Shown: piece by piece, positions 1 to 8,998 of the stretch | Numbering within the stretch: position 1 is the first letter of the stretch | Layout of the letters: each line of letters starts with the position of its first letter | Assembly (NCBI GenBank): GCA_964642015.1 | Contig: CAZXLF010000002.1 | Coordinates: forward strand, 95,678 to 159,677 | Direction: 5' to 3' | Length of the DNA stretch: 64,000 nucleotides | Source of the DNA: an uncultured Planctomycetia bacterium | GTDB taxonomy: Bacteria > Omnitrophota > Gorgyraeia > 2-02-FULL-51-18 | The notes under the pieces: model-generated | The model's database searches: none | The model's input: only the letters and a program-made list of their open reading frames with translations | Told to the model about the DNA's origin: nothing | Made by a program: the position numbers and the translations under genes

Positions 1-259
1 GAAGAAGAAAATCCTGGCAGTCGTTTCGAAGGGCGCGATGAAGGACATGGTTGATCGATCTGGTTTAGGTTTGATTGTAGATCCGGACGATGTCAACGCT
101 GTAGCTGGCGCGATCAAGCGTCTTGTGGTTAAGAATGGATTTATCCCGTTATGGGATGAATCAAGGGAAAAGTTCGTCGAATCTTTAAACGCTAAGAGCA
201 CTGCGCAGCAAATGTCAGCTGAACTGCAATTCGCAGTTAACGAAGGTTATAGGAGATGA
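1..259 (+). CDS. 5'-truncated CDS, C-terminal fragment of a glycosyltransferase-like protein (reading frame open from window start)
   Basis: ORF track 38..259 continues in frame to position 2 (KKKILAVVSKGAMKDM...); C-terminal region resembles GT-B fold glycosyltransferase tails; RBS-less because start is outside window. Confidence 0.35.
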   Translation, partial: KKKILAVVSKGAMKDMVDRSGLGLIVDPDDVNAVAGAIKRLVVKNGFIPLWDESREKFVESLNAKSTAQQMSAELQFAVNEGYRR

Positions 260-266
260 TCTCAAT

Positions 267-1361
267 TTGAAACCGAAAATCATAGTAGTAATCGGTGCTC
301 GTCCTAACTTCATGAAAGCAGCGCCTGTATTGTTCGAATTGCGAAGGCGCGGTATTAAACCGGTCTTAGTTCATACTGGGCAGCATTATGATGCTCGAAT
401 GTCGCAAGTATTTATGGACGAGCTTGGATTGCCGGAACCTGATATACATCTTGGCGCGGGAAGCGATGCGGGTATTCAACAGATCGCGACGATCATGGTT
501 TCTTTCGAAAAAGTCTGTTTGGATCAAAAACCGGATCTTATTATTGTCGTTGGAGATGTCAATTCGACGCTGGCGGCTTCACTTGTGGCCGCAAGAAAAG
601 AAATCCCGTTGGCGCATATTGAAGCGGGTCTTCGTTCATTTGACCGTGCGATGCCAGAAGAAACGAACCGCGTTTTAACGGACCATCTATCGGACTTGCT
701 TTTTACTACGGAAGAGAGCGGTAATCATAATTTATTTCGTGAAGGAATTTCTAAAAAAGCGATCCATTTTGTAGGCAACTGCATGATTGATACTCTTCTA
801 AAGCATAGGAAAGCCGCTGTGAAAAAGGCGCCATGGAAAGACCTTGGCCTTAAGCCCGGACATTACGCCTTGATCACGCTGCATCGTCCTTCCAACGTGG
901 ATGACAAGAGGAACCTGGCGGCCTGGGTGGATATCATTAATGAAATCTCCGTATATCTGCCCGTGATTTTTCCTGTTCATCCGCGGACGCGTCAGCGTTT
1001 GACGGATAATGGATTGTCGTGCTCATCTTCCGTGATCTTGGCGGAGCCATTGCCATACCTTTCCTTTTTGGGACTCATGTCAAAAGCAAAGTGCGTTCTT
1101 ACAGATTCAGGCGGTATCCAAGAGGAAACGACGGTTTTAGGCGTGCCGTGTTTAACATTACGGGAGAATACCGAGCGCCCGGTGACAGTGAAATGCGGAA
1201 CAAATGAGATCGTCGGGACGAGCCATTCTAAAATTTTGCAAGTGTTCAAAAAGGTTTTGCGCGGGAAGTGGAAGAAAGCCAAGACGCCCCCGCTATGGGA
1301 TGGAGCGGCGGCTAAGAGGATCGCCGATGTTTTACAGCGATATTTAGCCTTAAGAAAATGA
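267..1361 (+). CDS. wecB: UDP-N-acetylglucosamine 2-epimerase (non-hydrolysing)
   Basis: 364 aa; N-terminus KIIVVIGARPNFMKAAPV, HTGQHYD, and DSGGIQEE motifs typical of WecB/MnaA family; TTG start at 267 preceded by AGGAG (251-255); stop overlaps next gene (ATGA at 1358). Confidence 0.85.
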   Translation: MKPKIIVVIGARPNFMKAAPVLFELRRRGIKPVLVHTGQHYDARMSQVFMDELGLPEPDIHLGAGSDAGIQQIATIMVSFEKVCLDQKPDLIIVVGDVNSTLAASLVAARKEIPLAHIEAGLRSFDRAMPEETNRVLTDHLSDLLFTTEESGNHNLFREGISKKAIHFVGNCMIDTLLKHRKAAVKKAPWKDLGLKPGHYALITLHRPSNVDDKRNLAAWVDIINEISVYLPVIFPVHPRTRQRLTDNGLSCSSSVILAEPLPYLSFLGLMSKAKCVLTDSGGIQEETTVLGVPCLTLRENTERPVTVKCGTNEIVGTSHSKILQVFKKVLRGKWKKAKTPPLWDGAAAKRIADVLQRYLALRK

Positions 1362-2632
1362 CAGATCGCCCAAGAAAATCATCACAAGAGGGTAATTATG
1401 GCATGATCGTCAAAAATAAAATCGGTAATTTTTTGTTCCTATTCGTATTAAATATCGTTGTCATTGAGTTCCTTTTGCAGGGACTTTCGTTGGCGTCCCC
1501 CCGCTTACACAATATTTTGACTTTGCCGGAGGTGACCGAGACGCCTTTTACTGTCCCTGACGATCAACTAGTCGTGCGGGGAAATCCAAAATATCCAGAG
1601 TTGGATGGTAATGGATTTCATAACAGAAAACTTCCTATAAAAGGGAATGTTGCCATAGTCACCTTAGGAGATTCGCAGACCTACGGGACAGAAAACTATG
1701 CTGATTGGCCTGAATTCTTGTCTCAAAAGTTAAACGCTAATGTCTATAACATGAGTTTTCCCGGGTATGGCCCTTTCCAAAGTTTGGTTTTGATGGATAA
1801 AGCAATTGAATTGCATCCGCGAGCGATCATAGAAGCTTTATACACGGGCAATGATCTCGCTGACAGCTACTTTTATTTTTATGATTTTAAAAAAAGATCT
1901 TTCGAAGGTTTCAGGCCGGCGAATGCGGAACAGGCACAGCTTATTGCTGACGCTGAAAAGAAAGGAAAGATCTCTGATTTGGCGGAACAAGAAGGGCATC
2001 TTGCATACAAAGACGATCGTATTAGGGCCCATTCGTTTTTTAGAAAACTTCTGTCGCGTTATTCCAGAATTTACGGTTTGATCCGTGCTATTAGGCATTT
2101 GCCGCTGTTTAAATTCGATGATGTTCTCTGGCAGCAGATCAAAAAAGAAGCATCCTCAACCTCCTCCAAGCGTGAGATTTTTGAGTCCAGGAATATACGC
2201 ACGGTATTCACAGCGCGTTATCGTCTCATTGCGCTAGACAAAAAAGACCCGAGGATTACAGAGGGACTCCGATTGTCTTTGGAAGCTATCAAACAAATGA
2301 ATTCGAAGGCCAACAAAGCGGGTATTCAGTATTGGGTGATTATAATCCCGACAAAGGAGTATGTTTTTCGGGATATGGTCATGAAGAAAGCAGAAAGCGC
2401 TTCAGAAAATTATAAGGATCTCGTCGACAGCGAAGGGTCTTATCTTAAAAAAATAGAAGATTTTTTGACCGAACAGAAGATACATTACGTTAATGTAGGG
2501 CCTTGTTTGAGTCAAGCCTTGAATAAGAATATTTCCGTTTATTCGATGACCTGGGACGGACATCCTACTGCGAAAGGTCAACAAGTGATCGCCGATTTTC
2601 TCGGCCAAACCTTTCAGAAAATAGCTTCGTGA
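1358..2632 (+). CDS. SGNH/GDSL-type hydrolase-like protein with N-terminal membrane anchor (possible polysaccharide O-acyl esterase/transferase)
   Basis: 424 aa; N-terminal hydrophobic segment FLFLFVLNIVVIEFLL; block I LGDSQTYG, block III YTGNDL, C-terminal WDGHP resembling GDSL block V. Confidence 0.5.
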   Translation: MTDRPRKSSQEGNYGMIVKNKIGNFLFLFVLNIVVIEFLLQGLSLASPRLHNILTLPEVTETPFTVPDDQLVVRGNPKYPELDGNGFHNRKLPIKGNVAIVTLGDSQTYGTENYADWPEFLSQKLNANVYNMSFPGYGPFQSLVLMDKAIELHPRAIIEALYTGNDLADSYFYFYDFKKRSFEGFRPANAEQAQLIADAEKKGKISDLAEQEGHLAYKDDRIRAHSFFRKLLSRYSRIYGLIRAIRHLPLFKFDDVLWQQIKKEASSTSSKREIFESRNIRTVFTARYRLIALDKKDPRITEGLRLSLEAIKQMNSKANKAGIQYWVIIIPTKEYVFRDMVMKKAESASENYKDLVDSEGSYLKKIEDFLTEQKIHYVNVGPCLSQALNKNISVYSMTWDGHPTAKGQQVIADFLGQTFQKIAS

Positions 2633-2635
2633 TTC

Positions 2636-3874
2636 ATGCGCGTTTGCTGCATAACGGCATGTCATTTGATCGACAATCCCCGCCTTTTTAGGGAGGCGGA
2701 CGCTTTGAACGATGCTGGACATGAAGTTAGGGTGATCAGTGTACGTATGGAACCGAGTAAGTCAGTCCAGGAAGCGAAATTCATGGAAGGTCGTTCATGG
2801 GAACACCGGACCATCAACATTGAAAAAACAGGAGGTAGTTGGTCGAATTGGTTCGTGACGGGTGTCAGAAAGAAGTTGGCCAAAAAAATCTGGAATTTGG
2901 GATTAAGAGGAGACGGGTTGGCCGGTTTGGCCTATACGAGGGTTTATTCGGAGATAATAAAGGAAATTTTGTCTAAACCGGCAGATTTGATCATCGCTCA
3001 CACACAACTTGCGCTGGCTCCAGCCTTTTTTGCGGCAAAACGCTCAGGATGTCGCTGGGGGTTTGATTGCGAAGATGTTCTGAGTGAAGAGTACGGTGAA
3101 GGGATCCAGGATCTGAATCACAAATCTCTTGTACAGTACGTGGAGAAAAGATTCATTCCGAAAGCCGATTATGTGACGGTGGCTTCGAAGTGTTATTCAG
3201 ACTGGCTAAGAGAAAATTTAAACAGGACAGATGCCGTTTTGATACAAAATGTCCCGTCTATCAGCGGATTGTCAAAACTTCCGACAGGGTTTCCTGCAGG
3301 GCGTAACTATATTTCGCTTTATTGGTTTTCGCAGACCATCGGGCCTTTGCGCGGCATTGAAGATGTGCTTCGGGCCATTGCCCATATAAAAGTTCCGGTG
3401 AAACTCCATTTACGCGGACAGATTTTGCCTGATTTTGAGGAAGATCTTCTGAAATTGATAAAGGAGCTGCGAATCGAGAATAAAGTCTTTTTTCATGATC
3501 GGATTCTTCCAGGCGAGCTCCCGAAAGCCGCTCAAGTTCACGATGTAGGTTTAGCCTTGATGCAGCCATGTTGTCTCAATCATGAATTGGCCGTTCCAAA
3601 TAAGATTTTTGCTTATATGATGGCAGGTTTAGCGGTGATCGCCACAGAAACCAAAGGCCATCGAAGTGTTTTTGAAAACGCGGAAGGGATCGGTTTTCTA
3701 TATGAACCTGGAAATTTTCTCGAACTTGCCGAAAAGATCGAACGGTTTGCCGTGGATCCGGAAAAACTTTTGAACTGCAGAAAACGTTCATTGGAACTCG
3801 CTGAGCAGGTTTTTAACTGGGAGATTGAACAAAAAAAGTTAATTGATCTTGTGCAACGGGTTGGGGCTGGATGA
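2636..3874 (+). CDS. glycosyltransferase, GT4-like (GT-B fold)
   Basis: 412 aa; C-terminal half has the GT4-type E-x7-E region (HELAVPNKIFAYMMAGLAVIATE); ATG at 2636 four nt after upstream stop. Confidence 0.6.
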   Translation: MRVCCITACHLIDNPRLFREADALNDAGHEVRVISVRMEPSKSVQEAKFMEGRSWEHRTINIEKTGGSWSNWFVTGVRKKLAKKIWNLGLRGDGLAGLAYTRVYSEIIKEILSKPADLIIAHTQLALAPAFFAAKRSGCRWGFDCEDVLSEEYGEGIQDLNHKSLVQYVEKRFIPKADYVTVASKCYSDWLRENLNRTDAVLIQNVPSISGLSKLPTGFPAGRNYISLYWFSQTIGPLRGIEDVLRAIAHIKVPVKLHLRGQILPDFEEDLLKLIKELRIENKVFFHDRILPGELPKAAQVHDVGLALMQPCCLNHELAVPNKIFAYMMAGLAVIATETKGHRSVFENAEGIGFLYEPGNFLELAEKIERFAVDPEKLLNCRKRSLELAEQVFNWEIEQKKLIDLVQRVGAG

Positions 3875-4030
3875 GATTGAAATTGTCAAAAAAGAGCTTT
3901 TCTGGCAATCTTAAAGACATCATGGCCAAAATTTTTATGACTCAGGATGCTCTAGCTGCTGAGGGCATGGCTTTTTTGTCCAAAATCCGGATATACGTTC
4001 AATGATTCTGTCAGATAATATGGAAAAAAG

Positions 4031-5056
4031 ATGAGCGTAGCCAAAATGCTCAATATAGGTGTGATTGGTCTCGGGCACATAGGTCCAAATCATGTCCGAG
4101 TATTCTCTCAATGCGAGAATGCGCGGGTTTTATTTTGCGCGGATCTCGATGCAAAGCGACGGGAACATATTAAAAAGTTATATCCATCCATCGAGGTTTT
4201 AGAAAATTCCGAAGAAATTTTGCAAGAAAAAAGCGTTGAGGCTGTTGTCATTGCCACACCGACCCATACACATCACGCCCTTACCAAGCATGCGTTGGAA
4301 TCGGGGAAGCATGTTTTTTTGGAAAAACCGATGTGTTTGAAATATTCGCAAGCGTTGGAACTTGTCGAGCTTGCTAAAAAAAATGGTCGAGCGCTTGTGA
4401 ATGGACATATTCTTTTATATAACCAGGCATTGATGCACATACGGCAAAGCATTTTGCGGGGTGATTACGGGAATATCCAATATCTGGATACGACACGCAC
4501 AAATCTTGGCCCAATCCGTGATGATATCAATGTGATCTTCGATTTAGCCACGCATGAGTTCGCAACGTTTGATTTTATTTTTGGAACTTTGCCCGAATGG
4601 ATCTCAGTTTCGGCCAGCCGGATCTTGGGAACGCCGCGTGAAGATGTGGCTTTCATTTCCATGCAGTTTCCTAGACACATTCTCGCGCATACGCATGTGA
4701 GCTGGCTTCATCCTCAAAAAAACCGGCAATTTACTTTGGTTGGAGATAAAAAGATGGTCGTGTGGAACGACATGGACATCGCCGAGCCGGTCAAAGTGTA
4801 TGACAAAGGCATTGCCGAAGAGCCATATTACGATTCTTTTAGCCATTTTCAGATGTGTTTAAGAGACGCGGATCTTCATGTGCCGAAGATTAATTTATCC
4901 GAACCTTTGCTTTTGCAGGCCCAGAGTTTTGTGCGGCGTGTCTTAGATGGGGACCCTACGCCCGCAGAAGCTGAAAGCGGTCTTCGTGTGATGAAATATA
5001 TCGAGAGCTGTATGGAGTCATTGAAAAATGATGGAAAGAGAGTGTATCTGAAATGA
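4031..5056 (+). CDS. Gfo/Idh/MocA-family NAD-dependent oxidoreductase (WbpB-like UDP-sugar 3-dehydrogenase candidate)
   Basis: 341 aa; Rossmann N-terminus IGVIGLGHIGPNH, VVIATPTHTHH, EKPM motif characteristic of the family. Confidence 0.75.
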   Translation: MSVAKMLNIGVIGLGHIGPNHVRVFSQCENARVLFCADLDAKRREHIKKLYPSIEVLENSEEILQEKSVEAVVIATPTHTHHALTKHALESGKHVFLEKPMCLKYSQALELVELAKKNGRALVNGHILLYNQALMHIRQSILRGDYGNIQYLDTTRTNLGPIRDDINVIFDLATHEFATFDFIFGTLPEWISVSASRILGTPREDVAFISMQFPRHILAHTHVSWLHPQKNRQFTLVGDKKMVVWNDMDIAEPVKVYDKGIAEEPYYDSFSHFQMCLRDADLHVPKINLSEPLLLQAQSFVRRVLDGDPTPAEAESGLRVMKYIESCMESLKNDGKRVYLK

Positions 5057-5538
5057 AGCGGGTCAAAGGCCGTCGTTATGTCAATATAGCCGATGATGTA
5101 AAGTTGGGCAAGAATGTCGCGATATTTGAATTTGTTAATCTTTACGGATGCCGGATCGGTGACGAGAGCAGGATAGGTGCATTCGTGGAAATCACAAGAG
5201 ATGCGGTCATTGGCAAACGTGTGCGGGTGCAAAGTCATGCCTCGATCTGTTCAGGCGTAGTGATAGAGGACGATGTATTCGTCGGCCACAACGTTGTTTT
5301 CATTAACGACCGTTATCCGACTGCCAAAAAATCCCGTGAAAAAACATGGACAATGGAAAATACTCATGTCAAAAAAGGAGCTACGATAGGTTCGGGATCC
5401 ACGATCTTGTGCGGCGTCACTATAGGAAAGTATGCAATGGTCGGCGCTGGAAGTGTTGTTACTCGTGACGTCCCAGACATGACGATCGTGGCCGGCAACC
5501 CTGCAAAAGTTATCCGTAAACTAAAAAAACCTCTATGA
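5053..5538 (+). CDS. hexapeptide-repeat (left-handed beta-helix) acyl/acetyltransferase (WbpD-like sugar N-acetyltransferase candidate)
   Basis: 161 aa with repeated [LIV]-G-x-x-x-x hexapeptides (IGDESRIGAFVEI, IGKRVRVQSHASI, VGHNVVFIND); ATGA overlap with upstream gene. Confidence 0.75.
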   Translation: MKRVKGRRYVNIADDVKLGKNVAIFEFVNLYGCRIGDESRIGAFVEITRDAVIGKRVRVQSHASICSGVVIEDDVFVGHNVVFINDRYPTAKKSREKTWTMENTHVKKGATIGSGSTILCGVTIGKYAMVGAGSVVTRDVPDMTIVAGNPAKVIRKLKKPL

Positions 5539-6521
5539 ACCGGAACATCCTTATCACTGGCGGAGCGGGATTTATAGGAAGCCATCTGGCGGATTATCAC
5601 ATCCAAAAAGGTGACCGCGTACACATCATGGATGATCTTTCAACCGGAAGTTTTAAGAACGTGGAGCATCTAAAAGAACACGAGCATTTCGGCTACACAT
5701 TGGAATCGATCACAAATCGTCAGGTTGCGGCGGAGCTAGTGGACAACGCGGATTTTGTTTATCATCTGGCCGCGGCTGTCGGCGTGAAATTAATAGTCGA
5801 GTCGCCCGTGCGCACGATCGAAGCAAACATTGGCGGCACTCAGATCATTTTGGATCTATGTGTTAAAAAGAAAAAGAAGCTTTTGGTAGCGAGCACCAGC
5901 GAGGTTTACGGAAAATCGAAGGATATTCCATTTAAAGAAGATGGTGACATTGTGATCGGTCCGACAAGCATTGGGAGGTGGGCATATGCATCAAGCAAAG
6001 CCATTGATGAATTCTTGTCAATTGCTTATTTTCGAGAAAAAGGTTGCCCGGTCGTTGTGGCTCGTTTCTTCAACACCGTGGGCCCCCGTCAAAGTAGCAC
6101 TTATGGTATGGTCGTGCCGCGTTTTGTCGAAGCTGCATTGAGCGGTAAAGATCTTTTAGTGTATGGAGATGGCAATCAATCCAGATGTTTTACTCATGTG
6201 AAAGATGTTGTCTTGGCGGTATCAAAGCTAATGGAAAATGACAAAGCTTATGGGCAGGTTTTTAATGTTGGTTCAAACGAAGAGGTGACGATCGCAGAAC
6301 TTGCCGAAAAGATCATTAAACTCAGTCATTCTTCAAGTCGGATACGCAAGATTTCTTACGAAGAAGTTTATGGAAAAGGATTTGAAGATATGGACCGTCG
6401 GGTGCCGTCTCAGGAAAAACTCAAAGCACACATAGGTGTATATCCACAGACTCCGCTAGAAGAAATTCTAAAAGACGTGATCGCATACCATACGCTGCAT
6501 AGGCTGTCTACGAATGCGTAA
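5535..6521 (+). CDS. NAD-dependent epimerase/dehydratase (extended SDR; UDP-sugar 4-epimerase / decarboxylase class)
   Basis: 328 aa; ILITGGAGFIGSHL glycine-rich NAD motif, YASSK catalytic Tyr-x3-Lys region. Confidence 0.8.
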   Translation: MNRNILITGGAGFIGSHLADYHIQKGDRVHIMDDLSTGSFKNVEHLKEHEHFGYTLESITNRQVAAELVDNADFVYHLAAAVGVKLIVESPVRTIEANIGGTQIILDLCVKKKKKLLVASTSEVYGKSKDIPFKEDGDIVIGPTSIGRWAYASSKAIDEFLSIAYFREKGCPVVVARFFNTVGPRQSSTYGMVVPRFVEAALSGKDLLVYGDGNQSRCFTHVKDVVLAVSKLMENDKAYGQVFNVGSNEEVTIAELAEKIIKLSHSSSRIRKISYEEVYGKGFEDMDRRVPSQEKLKAHIGVYPQTPLEEILKDVIAYHTLHRLSTNA

Positions 6522-7782
6522 TGCACTTTTCATAGCACCGTGTTTTTCCCCCTCAAGTTACCCTCCGGCGCTTCGGAACCGGATCTTTGCGATGCATTTG
6601 GAGACTTTTGGTTGGACGCCTTTGATACTTACTGTTGAGTCTCAGTTTATGGAAGAGCCGGCGGACCCCGCGTTCGAAAAAATGATACCTAAGGATCTTG
6701 AAGTGATAAGAGCCAGAGCGATTCCTTATCAGTGGACTAGGAAAATAGGCTTTGGAAATTTGGGCCTGCGTTCTTTCTACCATATTTATATTAAGGCAAA
6801 GGCCTTGATAAAGGAAAAAAAAATTGATCTGATTTTTGTTTCGAGTCCACCATGGTATACGTTCCTAGTCGGAAGTCTTTTAAAGAAGAAGTTCAAAATA
6901 CCTTTTGTGATTGATTACATTGATCCGTGGATTTGCGCCGAAGATCGGAAAGCCCCGTTTTTCAGCAAAAGATTCTGGTCGGCTCAATTGGCACGGGTCC
7001 TTGACATGATAGCTGTACGCAATGCGGATGCGGTGATCTCTGTATCGGATAAGATCAATGAGACTTTAAAAAGTCTTTATCCTGCACAGACACGTAAGAT
7101 TAAACCCGCCATTCCTTATGGGATCGAACCCTCGGATATGGAATTTGCAAAGAATCATCCGGAAAAAATATCTTACTTTGATCCCGACGATGGTTTTTGT
7201 CATGTGAGTTATTTAGGAGTGATATGGGCCAAGGTCATGCCTACGGTTGAAGCTCTGTTCAAAGCATTGGCCGCTTTTAAAAGGAAAAGCCCCGGCGATT
7301 ATCAACGTATCCGTTGGCACTTTTTAGGGACTTCATACGCGTTGAATGCGCCAAAACAGGTGCTTCCGATCGCAGAAAAGTACGGGATCGAGGAAGTGGT
7401 GCAGGAAGAGAGCGGGCGAGTTTCATATCCGATGACATTGAACATTCTTTCAAGATCACAGGTCCTTTTGGCTTTGGGGTCGCAAGACGCTCATTATGCT
7501 TCATCCAAAATTTTTGCATGCATCGCCGCCAGACGCCCCATATTCGGCATCTATTATGACCAGAGTTCGTCCGCCGATCTTTTAAAAGGATCGAAAAACG
7601 CCCGGTTGATCACTTTTTCCGATGTGCAGCCGGTTGAAACAAAAATACCGGAGATAGAAACGGTATTAGAAAATTTTAAGGATCTGTCAAAAAGCGCCAT
7701 TGCTGATGATACAGCGCTTTTACAAGAGTGCTCGGCTTTGCGCATGACAGAGAGACTGGCCCATGTTTTCAACGCTGTTTGA
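6514..7782 (+). CDS. glycosyltransferase-like protein (GT-B, GT4-like, divergent)
   Basis: 422 aa; overall two-Rossmann-like layout, C-terminal region with conserved acidic/Gly pattern; weaker match than neighbours. Confidence 0.45.
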   Translation: MRNALFIAPCFSPSSYPPALRNRIFAMHLETFGWTPLILTVESQFMEEPADPAFEKMIPKDLEVIRARAIPYQWTRKIGFGNLGLRSFYHIYIKAKALIKEKKIDLIFVSSPPWYTFLVGSLLKKKFKIPFVIDYIDPWICAEDRKAPFFSKRFWSAQLARVLDMIAVRNADAVISVSDKINETLKSLYPAQTRKIKPAIPYGIEPSDMEFAKNHPEKISYFDPDDGFCHVSYLGVIWAKVMPTVEALFKALAAFKRKSPGDYQRIRWHFLGTSYALNAPKQVLPIAEKYGIEEVVQEESGRVSYPMTLNILSRSQVLLALGSQDAHYASSKIFACIAARRPIFGIYYDQSSSADLLKGSKNARLITFSDVQPVETKIPEIETVLENFKDLSKSAIADDTALLQECSALRMTERLAHVFNAV

Positions 7783-7807
7783 CGCACCCGTTTGCAGACG
7801 GTGATAT

Positions 7808-8998
7808 TTGAAAAATGTTTCGGACATTAAGATCGGGATTTTATCAACGCACCCGATCCAATATTACGCTCCTATCTTTGAGCTGCTTGCAAAGAAGGCG
7901 GATCTTTCGGTCTACTATTGCCATAAACCCGATAATTTTCAGCAGGGAACCGGTTTTGGAGTGCCTTTCAAATGGGATGTGGATCTGTTGTCGGGTTATA
8001 GATATCATTGGCTCCAAAATATTTCTAAAAAACCTGGCCTAGATCATTTTTCTGGTCTTGATACGCCGCAAATACAAGAAATTATTGCTAAAGATAGGTT
8101 TGATTCATTTCTTGTCTTTGGATGGAATTTTAAAAGCTATTGGCAGGCTATGAGGACGTGTTGGCGTTTAAAGGTCCCCTTGCTTGTCAGAGGCGATTCA
8201 CGGCTTAGCAGGTCCGGAAACCCTTTCAGAAATATGTACCGAGAATGTACGCACAGATTTTTTATACCTAAATTTTCGGCGTGTTTGGCAACGGGCAAGC
8301 TTTCGGAGGAATATTTTAGACATTTTGGCGCGAAACGTATTTACATGAGCCCTCATTGCGTTAATAACGAGTTTTTCGACACAGAGACGATGAGAGCAAA
8401 AACGCTCAAAACGGATCTTCAGAAGAGGTGGAATATTCCTGAGGACTGTTTTGTTTTTTTGTTCGTCGGTAAGTTTGAGGAAAAAAAGCGTCCAATGGAT
8501 ATACTGCTTGCTGTCAAAAGAATAGGTCAAGTCTCGACTAGAAAGCGGTATCATGTTCTGATGATCGGCGATGGAGAGTTAAGGGCTATTTGCGAAGATT
8601 TCTCAAGGAAACATTCTTTGCCCGTTTCATTCGGCGGATTCTTAAATCAAAGCGAAATGCCTTCAGCCTATGCTGTGTCAGACGTGCTTGTTTTGCCGTC
8701 GGATTACAGAGAAACTTGGGGGCTGGTTGTGAATGAGGCCATGTCTTCAGGAATGTCCGTGATAGTTTCAGATGAAGTGGGTTGCGCTCAAGATCTTGTT
8801 GTGGAGAACGAGACTGGGTTCATATATCCCTGCCGTGATAGCCAGGCTCTTGCGGAAAAGATGCGCCAGTTTGTACAGCGTGAAAGTCTATCGCTTTCAA
8901 TGGGCCCCACTGTTCGGCGCCGTATTGATTTATATTCTCGGGAAAATGCTGTTCAAGGCATCGTGAAAGCAATTGAAGAGGTTAAGAATGCTATATAA
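7808..8998 (+). CDS. glycosyltransferase family 4
   Basis: 396 aa; FVGKFEEKKRP and VLPSDYRETWGLVVNEAMSSGMSVIVSDEVG (E-x7-E) motifs; TTG start at 7808 (no in-frame ATG nearby). Confidence 0.75.
   Translation: MKNVSDIKIGILSTHPIQYYAPIFELLAKKADLSVYYCHKPDNFQQGTGFGVPFKWDVDLLSGYRYHWLQNISKKPGLDHFSGLDTPQIQEIIAKDRFDSFLVFGWNFKSYWQAMRTCWRLKVPLLVRGDSRLSRSGNPFRNMYRECTHRFFIPKFSACLATGKLSEEYFRHFGAKRIYMSPHCVNNEFFDTETMRAKTLKTDLQKRWNIPEDCFVFLFVGKFEEKKRPMDILLAVKRIGQVSTRKRYHVLMIGDGELRAICEDFSRKHSLPVSFGGFLNQSEMPSAYAVSDVLVLPSDYRETWGLVVNEAMSSGMSVIVSDEVGCAQDLVVENETGFIYPCRDSQALAEKMRQFVQRESLSLSMGPTVRRRIDLYSRENAVQGIVKAIEEVKNAI

Noticed and set aside
388-678. 96-aa + strand ORF in alternative frame
   Set aside because: It is embedded in wecB in a different frame. 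It is Arg/Trp-rich nonsense typical of an off-frame translation.
3875-4030. Promoter in the 155-nt gap upstream of the WbpB-like gene
   Set aside because: AT-rich with TAATAT/GATAAT-like hexamers but no convincing -35 at 16-18 nt spacing. Left uncalled.
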